Assembly: GCA_963920595.1 (NCBI GenBank)
Contig: OY986950.1
Coordinates: 3,906,001-3,970,000, forward strand
Reading direction: 5' to 3'
Length of the DNA stretch: 64,000 nucleotides
Origin: Eimeria praecox
Taxonomy: Eukaryota
The position numbers and the translations under genes were made by a program. The first letter of the stretch is position 1. Every line of letters begins with the position of its first letter. The notes beneath the pieces were generated by a model, which worked only from the letters and a program-made list of their open reading frames with translations, ran no database searches and was not told where the DNA came from. Below are positions 1 through 19,701 of the stretch, in pieces.

Positions 1-343
1 GAGGTCAGCAGCTGTATATACACCTCAGAGGGAAACAGTGAACTGAGGAGGCTCTCATGCTGCTAGATATTGAAGGAGGCGGCGACAGCAGTCCCTGGCT
101 TCGGGTCGCCTCAGCTGCTGCTGCTTTGCTGCTGCTGCTGCTGCTGCTGCCGCTGCTGCTGCTGCTGCTGCTGCTGTTGCTGCAGTTGTTGTTGCAGTTG
201 TTGTTGTTGTTGTTGCTGCTGCTGCTGCAGTCAGTGTTGCTGCTGCTGCTGCTGCTTATGTAATTCTTGCTGCGCTGTCTGGCGATGAGCAGAAATGCAA
301 CGGATGCGCCGACAGCAGGCGACGACACACCGATGTCTCGGCT

Positions 344-377
<34 letters not shown>

Positions 378-529
378 CAGCAGCAGCAGCAGCAGCTTGT
401 CCTTATTGCTGCTGCTCCTTTTCTAAGCAAACACGTAGAGAAACAAAACCAACAAGACCTGCATAAACCCCAGATAATTATTATAACGATACCTAACTAA
501 CTCTGGGGCCTTCAGCTACCAACCCAGCC

Positions 530-566
<37 letters not shown>

Positions 567-1172
567 CGGTTCCCGCTGCTGCTGCTGCTGTTGTTGTTGC
601 TGCTGCTGCTGTTGTTGCTGCTGCTGCTGCTGCTGTAACGAGAAGAGGCGCCAGCGCTGGGGGGTTGCTTGTCTGTTCTTCTTTCTTTACAAGAGAACAT
701 TAATATATTTCTAAATAAGTATTAAACTTCATAATAATATAATAAATAAACAAGACAAACACAAGAGGAGGCCCCTTTGATGGATAGAGGAGAGCGCAGC
801 AGCAGCAGCAGCAGCGGTGGGGCCTCCTACTCAGGGGGATATGCTGAGGGGTTTGAGGGTATTTGCTTCTGTGTTTGTTTCAAATTAATGTTTTTTTATT
901 ATTTAAATGTTACTATATTCGATATCCCACACATAATATACCCTATATATAGCTAGGTACGTGCGGAACGGATAGCAGCAGCAGCAGCAGCAGCAGCAGC
1001 AGCTGCTGCTGCTGCTGCTGCTGCAACAGCTGCAGCAGCTGCGGTAGCAGCAACTGCAGCAGACACTATCAGCTGCCGCAGTATGTGTTTAATGTTGTCT
1101 TTCCCCTTGTTTCTGTAGATTCAACACCGTATTTTCTTCATGACGTTTGGCTTCCCAGCAGCAACTCATGGA

Positions 1173-1232
1173 GGTGTCTATACACCGCAACGCAAGCAAG
1201 CATCTACGCCTGTGTTGCGGTGTATAGACACC
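1173..1232. other. Inverted repeat / hairpin with ~25-bp arms
   Basis: GGTGTCTATACACCGCAAC is the exact reverse complement of GTTGCGGTGTATAGACACC; the stem extends 6 more positions with two imperfect pairs. Confidence 0.85.
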
Positions 1233-1987
1233 AGGGGGGTCTCTGTATTTCCCTGGTTGTCTTTGTATTGTGGGGGGTTGTTTATATAGTATAGGGGCCT
1301 CTTGAAAGGGGATAGAGGGCCCTTGAGGGGCACATAGCTACGAATATACTACAATAAACATAATAGAAGCTCAGGTATCTTGCTGGGCTTATCGCTGCCT
1401 CCTCAGTAGAGAAAATTTAGAGGCCCCCGGCAGGTCTTCTGTCTGTCAGCCTGGGGGTCTTAGCCGCTGCGAGCCAGCTGCGGGTCTGGCCGCAGCTAGC
1501 TGTAGCTAGCTGTGGCTAGCTGCAGCTAGCCATTCTGTGTCTGGCGGCCCGTGTGTAGTAAGTGTCTGAAGCAGGTGCTTAGGCCGCGTGCATGAGCTGG
1601 GAGGGGTCTTCCCGCTGCAGGGGGCCTTGCAGCTGAGTCTGCTGCTGCTGCTGCAGCAGACTCAGCTGAGGAGGGCTGTCTCTGGCGGCTGCTACGGGGT
1701 TGTAAACGCGCGCAAGTGTCTTCTCTCGCTGGGCTGCAGCAGCAGCAGCAACAGCAGCAGCAGCTGCTGCTGCTGCTGCTGTGAGCGGACAGAAGGAGAC
1801 ACATTCAACTACCCTATATGGGCTTCTCAGAGGCAGCAGCAGCACTAAAGGAGACAGTGTCTCCTCCAGACACCTGAAGAGATGCTGCGCTGCAGCAGCA
1901 GGACGTTGGAGACGACTCTATCGCTGAGGCAGCCAGCTAGAGGCCTTCTTAGGTGTTGTCAGCGCTGCCTACTTCACGTATAGCTGT

Positions 1988-2020
<33 letters not shown>

Positions 2021-2916
2021 CCGGGGCGGAGTCGTTTGCTGCTGTTTGCAGCACTGTAAGGTGTCTCTGCGCCCTCTATGTGGGTAGAAGGGAGACAGCT
2101 GCTGCTGGCAGGTGGCTGTGGGGTGGTGGGGTGTCTGGTGTATTGGAGTGTCTCCGCAGCTGTCTCGGAGACAGTCTGTAGTTTGCTGCTGCCTCTGTCT
2201 CTGTGTTGTGTTGTGAGTTTGTTGTTATTCTTCTCTCTCTGCTGTTAGAGTAGTTGGAGTGTATAGACTCTCTGAGAGGGTTGTTAGAGAGCGGCCACGA
2301 GGCTGCTAGGCTGCTGCAGTCTCCCTGCTGTCTCCATCGAACCATCAGGCTTGAAGGAGACAAAAAATAAGTAATAGAAGGGACAGATAGAGGGGATATG
2401 CAGTGAGGAGTCGAGAGGGCTAAGGGCCCCTTACAACACACACACACAGCATATCAGAGCTGGAGACATCGAAGGAGACAGTCAGAGAGATGCCCTTGTC
2501 TCTGTGTTGGGTAGAATGTCTACAAGCAGCAGACACACCGTAGCGACAGCAGCAGCGGCAGCAGCAGCAGCAGCAGCAGCAACAGGGTTCAAGGGGTCTG
2601 CCTGCTGCGGTTGTGTGTTGGCTCTGTTCTCCCTCGCCGCCTCTGTAAATATTTGTAGGAACAGCAAATAAATAAAATGAATTAACTTAAATTAAATAAA
2701 CAAGTCATCAAAGGGGTAGTTTCTTAATACTCCTGAGGTGTCTGTACACCTCAGCTTCCCGATACCGAGCAGCTAGAAGAACAGTGTGCGTACACCCCAA
2801 ACATGTATTCTTCTTCTAGTGTCTCTCTTGTCTCCCTTCGTTGTCTCCCTAGTAGGAAAAATAGAAGAAATAACTGCTACTATCCTTGGTCTCGAAACTG
2901 TGGGGTTGCTGTGGGG

Positions 2917-2966
2917 CGATCCCGGGATCGTCTCCGATCCCGGGATCGTCTCCGATCCTGGGATCG
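2917..2966. repeat. Three 14-bp palindromes CGATCCCGGGATCG at 18-bp period
   Basis: Copies at 2917, 2935 and 2953 (third has one mismatch). Confidence 0.9.
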
Positions 2967-3055
2967 GCAGCAGGGGTCCCCTTGTAGCTCACGGCGGAGG
3001 GTCACTCCTTAGAGAGTTTCTTTGGAGGGGGGGGGAGGGGAGGTATTTGTGTTAA

Positions 3056-11851
<8,796 letters not shown>

Positions 11852-13354
11852 GAAGTAGCGTTATTGAGCTGTCTGTCTCCTTTGTCTCTTCTTCTGTCTC
11901 CTTTGTCTCTTCTTCTGTCTCCTTTGTCTCTTCTTCTGTCTCCTTGTCTTTTCTGCTTCTGTCTATTTGTATCTCATTCTGTCTACTATGTCCTCTCTGT
12001 ATGGTGTCTCCTTTGTCTCTTCCTCTTCCTCTGGGAAGGGAGGGGGGGGAGAGGGGGGGGTGGGGGGGGGGGGGGAGGGGAGCGGCTTCGTATAGCTGTC
12101 TCCTCCGTCTTTTTTCTGTCTCCGACCGGCGTATTGCTCTAAAGAGCTGTCTGCTTTGTCGTTGCTACTGTTTCTTCTGTCTCCGTTATCAAAGACAGAG
12201 GGGCTGTCTCCTCTCTCTCTGCTATTGCTTCTTCTGTCAATGTTGCTGTAGCCCCGGCGTTGAAGAAAGCAGGGAGACACTTAAGCAAGGGAAGAAGAGA
12301 AGGGAAGAGCCTCCTGTGTTCTAAAAGGGTTTAGGGTTTAGGGTTAATAGCGGGGCGTGCGGCAAGGAGACACTGCAGGGGACTGCCCTTGATGCTCTGG
12401 AGACACCCCAGATAACAGGCTTGCCAGGCATACAGCTAGGAGACAGTTGCTAGACAAGACAGGAGACAGCAGCAATACAGGGTAGAAGACAGCAGCAAAG
12501 GAGACAGCTCGTAGTGCACAGAGTGCAGCATGTAAGCCGGTGTCTCCTTTGTTAAGTTTTAGAGGCTGAGACTAAGGGAAGCCTCAGACTGCCCTCTATA
12601 CAAAGAAAGAAGGGAGACAGCTGTTGTCTCTAAATAATATATTTGTATACTCTGCTTCTGTCTAGTAGATACACCCTTGTTAGCCAGGGTCTCTCTCAAA
12701 TGGGTGCGTACTAAACTCCCCCGGTGTACAGACAGCTGTCTGCATGCGAAGTGTCTCTGCTGCTGCTCTAGAGACACTTTGTAAGGAAGCAGCACCTAGG
12801 GAGGAGACAGTGTTATACAAATAAAACATAAACACATTTATCTGTATACCCCTAATAAAAAGAAATGAGTCTCCAGAGAGACACACTACAAAAGGAGACA
12901 GACACCGCCCTCTAAAGAAGCAACTGTCTGTACAGCTGACCAGGTAGCTACAGAATAACTGCCTCTAAGTATGTGAGGCAGCAGAGACACAAGACGCGAG
13001 GCAGGCAGCAGAGAAACAGGGAGAGATGCACAAGGAGACAGACAGCAGAGGGAAGAGACACAAGGAGACAGACAAGAGGGGCAGAAAGAGACACAAGGAG
13101 ACAGCAGCAACAGAAACAGGAGACACCGTGCATGCAACGTGCTCCAGCTACAGAGTCTCCTGCTTTTAAATGCGCCTGTCTCTGCCTCTCTTGGAGACAG
13201 CAGCCTCAGCCTCCTCGCCCCTCCCCCCCCCCCTTTTGCAAACAAATTATCTCCTGCGAGGCCAATCGCCTGCTGCAGCAAATCCTGCTGCTGCTGCTGC
13301 TGCTGCTCCTGCTGCTGCATGCAAGAGCTGCGGCTTCATAGAAACCTGCTGCAG

Positions 13355-13465
13355 CTACATTTTAGGCTCCTTCCTGCTTCTGAGGTACTCTGAAGACAGC
13401 TGCTCGCCCGCGAAGTCGTGGACTACCTTCTCAAACCAATTGTAACGCTGCTTGTCTCTCACCTC

Positions 13466-13499
<34 letters not shown>

Positions 13500-15657
13500 A
13501 GCAGCAGCAGCAACAGCAGCAGCAACAGCAGCAGAAGCAACAGCCATCCGTGCAGCTACACCGGACTCGAGGGGGAGACCTTAGCACGTTAGGAGACAGA
13601 CACACGGTGATCAGTTGATGTGGGACTGCTCCGCTAGTATCACTGCCAAACCCTAAACCCTAAACCCTAAACCCTAAACCCTAAACCCTAAGCAGCAGCT
13701 CCAAAACCCTCACGCCCATCGCCCACCTTGCGGTACTCCGCCACGAGATCATCCATCTTCTTCATGGCTTCTTTTACTTGCTGTTGCCTATCACAGTCAG
13801 AGCCACCCCTCTACAGCGAAAACCCTAAACCCTAAACCCTAAACCCTAAACCCTAAACCCTAAACCCTAAACCCTAAACCCTAGCTGCTGAATTGAGGGT
13901 TTGAGAGCTTAACAATGCAAATCAGATGCCCCCACCCTTCAAGTGAGCATACACCGCAAGTATCGCTACCTGTCAGGTGTATTGTATCTACCCCTGGTTT
14001 AAATTAAATTATATTTATTTTATTTTTTTATTTTGTTTGTTAATATTTGGCGTACCTAAACTCCCTAATATACCATCGCTTAGGTCCTAAGGGCTCTCTG
14101 TCTCGGTAATGCATCTTCTCCTTGTAGAAGTTCTTCACCCACACCCACTCGAGGCCTCGATACAATCCCCACACAAAACCCTAAACCCTAAACCCTAAAC
14201 CCTAAACCCTAAACCCTGTAGAAGTTCTTCACCCACACCCACTCGAGGCCTCAATACAATCCCCACACAAAACCCTAAACCCTAAACCCTAAACCCTAAA
14301 CCCTAAACCCCAAACCCTGTAGAAGTTCTTCACCCACACCCACTCGAGGCCTCAATACAATCCCCACACAAAACCCTAAACCCTAAACCCTAAACCCTAA
14401 ACCCTAAACCCTAAACCCTGTAGAAGTTCTTCACCCACACCCACTCGAGGCCTCAATACAATCCCCACACAAAACCCTAAACCCTAAACCCTAAACCCTA
14501 AACCCTAAACCCTAAACCCTGTAGAAGTTCTTCACCCACACCCACTCGAGGCCTCCATACAATCCCCACACAAAACCCTAAACCCTAAACCCTAGACCCT
14601 AAACCCTAAACCCTGTAGAAGTTCTTCACCCACACCCACTCGAGGCCTCATTACAAGCCCCACACAAAACCCTAAACCCTAAACCCTAAACCGTAAGCCA
14701 ATGGCTTGAAGACTGTTCGCAAGCTTGTTTCCCCCCGAGACCCCCTTTTGCAAGTAGGGCTGCGGAACTACGGTTTAGGGTTTAGGGTTTAGGGTTTAGG
14801 GTTTAGACAGGAGCTCCTCCCTTACCGTTGAGGCGATACTGTCGCTCCACATCAGCTTTGTACCTCCCAGAAAGTCTGCATTACCGGACACATGTGAAAC
14901 CCTAAACCCTAGACCCTAAACCCTAGACCCTAAACCCTAAACCGTAAACCCTAGACCCTAAAGACCTAATCCCTAAACCCTAAACCCTAGGTGTACCGTG
15001 GGGGATGCCATTCTCCTAATTCGTCTTTGTAAGGCATCAGGTCTTTGGGGATATGATATCGTCTCCTGCTCCCCCTCACGAAACAGCTATACGGGTTCCA
15101 GTCCGCCCAGTTCCTGCAGCCCGAAAACCCTAAACCCTAAACCCTAAACCCTAAACCCTAAACCCTAAACACTATATATATCCACGCCCTAAACCCTAAA
15201 CCCTGCAACCAAACACTAAGACCTAAGCTCTACATCATAAACCCAAACCCTCCAAACTCTAAACCCTAAGCCCTAAATCATAAGCCCAAACCCTCCAAAC
15301 CCTAAACCTTAAACCCTATACCCAAACCCTATATGAAAACCCTAAACCCTAAACCCTAAACCCTAAACCCTAAATCCAAACCTGGAGGGCCAGTTGTCTA
15401 GGACATATCTCTTGGCTCTGGTGAGTTTGACAAAAGGATTGAAGGTGGGACGGAGTCGTATTCCATCAATCATATTCTCATCATATTCCATTCGTGGGGT
15501 CCCTGCATGCATGCAGCCCCAAAACAATCCCCACATACGGGGTGTACGTACACCTCTCCCACCATCATAGACCACCGCCTTACTAGCATCAACGCCAGTA
15601 GGCCGGCCACCCCAGAAACAACAATAACAGCAGCAGCAGCAGCAAGAGCAGCAGCAA

Positions 15658-15689
<32 letters not shown>

Positions 15690-16046
15690 GCAGCAGCAGA
15701 TATGACTAACCTTTGCATTCAGACATATAACGGGGCTCCTTTCTAGCCTGAAGAAGAACCTCCCGAGGTTCAAAGGGAACAGCCCGACTCTCCCGGCTCT
15801 GCACAAAACCCCAAACCCTAAACCCTAAACCCTAAACCCTAAACCCTAAACCCTAAACCCTAAGCCCCTATGTATTAAGACCTAAGCTCTCAACACCTAA
15901 ATCCTCAATGCCTACATCCTCAAGGCCTAAACCCTGAAGCTCTAAGCCCTCAGCAACTAACCCCTCTACACCTAAACCCTCAAGATCTAAACCCTAAACC
16001 CTACACCAAACATATAAGACCCCGAAGGTGTGGATATGCTGCTCAT
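13355..16046 (-). CDS. Putative mitochondrial large-subunit ribosomal protein, mL59 (yeast Mrpl25)-like; at least 9 exons
   Basis: Exons 15798-15711, 15578-15554, 15502-15382, 15113-14997, 14875-14826, 14155-14056, 13787-13727, 13465-13355 join in phase with GT-AG introns. Translation includes GEWHPPRLSGRYKADVERQY and GPKRWYIREFRQQQVKEAMKKMDDLVAEYRK, resembling the two mL59 blocks as I recall them (W-x-x-P-x-x-S-x-R-x-x-A-D and a terminal ...AM-x-x-M-x-x-L-x-x-E-[WY] helix). N-terminus is basic/hydrophobic like a presequence. First exon (ATG 16046) is uncertain; family call is from motif recall, not a search. Confidence 0.72.
13648..16003. repeat. Interstitial telomere-like (AAACCCT)n tracts filling introns of the mL59-like gene
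   Basis: Tracts at about 13648-13691, 13820-13882, 14177-14692, 14773-14806 (opposite orientation), 14897-14989, 15125-15378 and 15805-16003; smaller ones near 12326, 16256 and 20588. Confidence 0.97.
14123..14692. repeat. Six tandem copies of a ~55-bp unique unit plus AAACCCT run (period 94-101 bp)
   Basis: TGTAGAAGTTCTTCACCCACACCCACTCGAGGCCTC... starts at 14123, 14217, 14318, 14419, 14520 and 14614. Confidence 0.97.
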
Positions 16047-17606
16047 AGGTTTCTATTATTAAACGACAGAGTCGAAGGTAATAGCAAACAATGATATGAG
16101 CTTACAATCACAGAGCTCGAGAAACAGCGACGGCCCAGGGCCCACCACCAACATGGGGGGGGGGCCCCCATTGGGGATAAGAGGGGCCCCTCTGGGTTTG
16201 AAGAGTAGATTACGCCTACACTTCTAGATTATTTCGAAGAGAATCTTCTGTCTACAAACCCTAAACCCTACCTTCTCACCTCCTCTTCTCTCACACACGT
16301 AAACCCCAAAACCCTCACCAAAAAAAAAATATAAACACTTTCGTTACAACTATCCTTACGTCTTAGACTTAGCATTTGTTAAGCATTTTCTGCTGCTGTT
16401 AGGCGGCAGCAGCAGCTGGGGGCCAAGGGGCCCCCAGGGCCTCCGGGCCTCGGGGGGCCCCCCTCGGGGGGCCCCCCAGAGGCCCCGTTATCAAAATCAG
16501 GAGGGGTGTGTGTGTGGTTGTACTAAATATCTTTCTTATTGAAGCTACAAACAAGAAAAATATTCAAACCAAAATCTAAGAGGCTTGCTGATGACGTCGG
16601 CCTCAGCCATGTGTCCATACACCCCAATCACCTGCCTCGTTAGAGAAACAGGGATTCAGTTAATAGCTACTAATGTGCAGGATAGAAAGAGAGTTGTGAT
16701 GGTATTTGTTTGTATAGCTTCAATGAGCCCTTATCACGAATGTATCTTCTTCTTTAGAAGCTCTCTTAAAGACTCAGAGTAGGGTAGTTGTTATCTGTCA
16801 AACACAAAGAGAAACAGCTATGCTGCAGTGCAGCCCCAGCGCATGCAGCTGAAGACAAACAGTCTCTTCTGTTCTTCTCAACAAAAGAGGCGGGGCCCCT
16901 TAAGGCTAACAACACTCAGCCTAAACCTTAAACCCACGTCCGCCAGCTTGGCTTATCCTCAAGTTCCTACGTGCTGTATAGACAGAGTGTTGTACGAAGA
17001 GAGAAACAGCAGGTAGAGCTGTTTATAGTGTGTTTATCCCCACTGTTTAGAGATGCGAAGGTGCTCGTTGGCTGTCTGTGTCTCTCTGGGGCCCTTCATA
17101 ATGGGGACGTGGGGGCCTTTGTGCTAGAAGCAGCAGAAGCAGCTGTCAAACAGTAGCCCCTGAGTCCCTGCAAGACAACAACTGTCTCTTCCCCCCCTCG
17201 GATAGAGACAGTGTCCCCGCTATCTTGTCTCAGCAGCACTCAAGCTGCTTCAGCTGCTATCCAGCTTCTAACAACACAGCCTAAGTCCTCCTTCCGCCCC
17301 ACCATGGGTTCTTAAGGCAGTGTAGGGAGCCATGTAGAGCGGTGTTCGTACACTACACGTCTTACACTAGCTAGCTAGCAGCAGACAGCAGCACAGCCCA
17401 CCAAGCAAGGGAGATGTACGTATACAGCTCTATACACTGAGCCTACAGGATAGACAGGTCGGGTGTCTCTACCTGTTTGTCTTCAGCTTTGTTGTGTTTG
17501 TTTGTCACGACAAAGAAAGGAGACAAAGAGACAGTCCAGATTCTGTTAAATATATGCTGCTTCTGGCTGTCTTAGGGAAGCCTCAGGCCTCAGGCCTGCG
17601 GGGGAC

Positions 17607-19584
17607 TCAGCCGCCTGCAGCTGTCTCCATAGCAGGGGGTCCCTTGGAGACTCTGCCATTAGCCCGCGCTACTTCATCAGGGAAAAGCCAAGGGGCTACG
17701 GCAAGCATCTTCTGATGCTCGGCTTCTTTCATCTGCTCAGGCCTTGGTGTACAGTCTCCACGGGTGTCCCCTTCTGTCCCCTCCAATGCCTGGGGCCTAA
17801 GTAGGTCTCTTAAGATGTAGATCTTATGCAGCACAAAATGCCACCTTTCCTCTAGCTGCTGCTTCTCTTCAGTTGTTAAGGGGGCTAGTCGAAGGTCCCC
17901 CACCTTCAACATCCCATTCCTTCTGCCCTCGAAGTCTTCCCAGGAATGTAACAAGAGGTCTGCAGCTGTGAAGCCTCGCCGTGTGCGTCGGGTGTACGTA
18001 CAGGGGTCACAGTGGGGTACAAGAGACAGTAGGATGTTATGGGCCTTCTGTACCCTCTCCATCAACTCCTCAGGGAAGACAAGCATTTCGCTGTTCTCTG
18101 AAGTTGCAGACGGAAAGCGGAGATCTATCAAGGCGTCTTGGCTTTCAGGGTGAACGCCCCCTCGGGTGTATGTCCCCCTGGCAACTGCCTCCGCTGAGAC
18201 CCCCTCTAAGGTGATGGCAGCGGGGTCTCCTTCCCAGGCAAGGCCCCTAAACAATGGCCTTGTCTGTCTCAACACCCCTGCTGCCACTGCATGCAACACC
18301 GTCAGCCCTTCAGCCCTCGTTACTGCCTTGGGGTTCGCCCCCTTCTGCAGCAGCCAAGACAGGATGTCTCCCCGCAGCCAATAGCCAGCTAGCAGCAAAG
18401 GTGTCTCCCCTGCTAAAGTAGGGGCGTTGATGTCTGCCCCACGTTCTACTAGCAGTTTCACAGTATCTAACGCCCCAGAGACACAGGCTAAGTGTAGAGG
18501 CGTTGCCCCTTCAATGTTGAGGGCCTCTACCTCAGCCCCAGCAGCCAACATCTGTCTACAGAGACGTGTCTTGTTGTTGCTAGCTGCAAAGTGCAGCGCC
18601 TGGCTTCTCCCCAGTAGTCGGTGTGCGGAGGCAAACAGCAGCCGTCTCCTGCTCGGCCCTAGCACAGGTCCCTTGGGCTTTGCTGCAGTGTCTTGAGAGG
18701 TAGCTGTCTCCTCTTCAGTCCCTGTAGAAGTGCTGGAAGACGGAGATGGAGACTGTCTCTTCTCGAGAGGTCTATGGCGATCTAATAAAGCTTCATGGGC
18801 ATCAAGGGAATCGCAGTGTTGTAGCATTAGCCTGAAGATTGTCAGCCTCGCTGTCTCTGTCGCCTTCTCCATCTCTGTCTCTGCTACTGCTGTTGCAGCT
18901 GCTGCTGCTGCTGCCGAGGGCACACACCGTGCAACTGTCCCCTTCCTCCCTGAGGGAAGATGGCTTGCTCGGGAGGCGCACATCACCAGAAGGGGGGTCA
19001 TTCCTAAAGGGCACTGGGCAAACAGGTTGTAGCCCATCTTCAGCATGCTGTACATACACCGCAGGAGATTGCACCACAGATCCGTGTATTAAAAGAAGGC
19101 TAAGCCAGCTTTTGAAATGATCCAAGGCAGCAGCACTAGCAGCAGCAACGGCCGCCGGCTTCTCCCTTCAGCCTCTACAGAATAAAAGAGCAGCAGCAGC
19201 AGTAGCAGTAGCAGTAGCAGCAGCATCATCAACAACAGCAAAGAAAGCAGCCACAGAAGCGGGGTGTGAGCGTACGCGTTGACGACAGCATCCTGGGCAT
19301 AGAGACAGGCGAGGCCTAGGAGACTGAGTCCTGTGGGGAGATGTTGTATATCTTTCATGGCTTTGTACAACTCCAACGCAAGGGGGAAGTGAACGCCTCG
19401 GCGGACAAGGCCCGCAGCTATCGATACGGGATCTTGCATGAAGAGCTTTCGGATTTGCTGCAGCAGCAGGAAAGAAAGAAACAACAGAAAATAGCAGCAA
19501 CTGCAGCAGCTGCTCGGATCTCCTCTAGTGTGAACTGGTGACTCAAGGATCTTCAGTCCTTTGCTCTACCTACTGAGCTATCTC

Positions 19585-19634
<50 letters not shown>

Positions 19635-19665
19635 AGCTCGCGTCTGCTGCAGATGCAGGCAAAAA

Positions 19666-19701
<36 letters not shown>

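Noticed and set aside
1..2700. Possible spliced gene on the - strand (e.g. 1579-1845, 2482-2667)
   Set aside because: No phase-consistent exon chain or recognisable domain could be built.
14123..14692. CRISPR-like regularly spaced repeat
   Set aside because: The intervening parts are telomere heptamers rather than unique spacers, there are no cas genes, and the context is a eukaryotic intron.
13648..16003. True chromosome end
   Set aside because: Tracts are short, intronic and flanked by genes on both sides.
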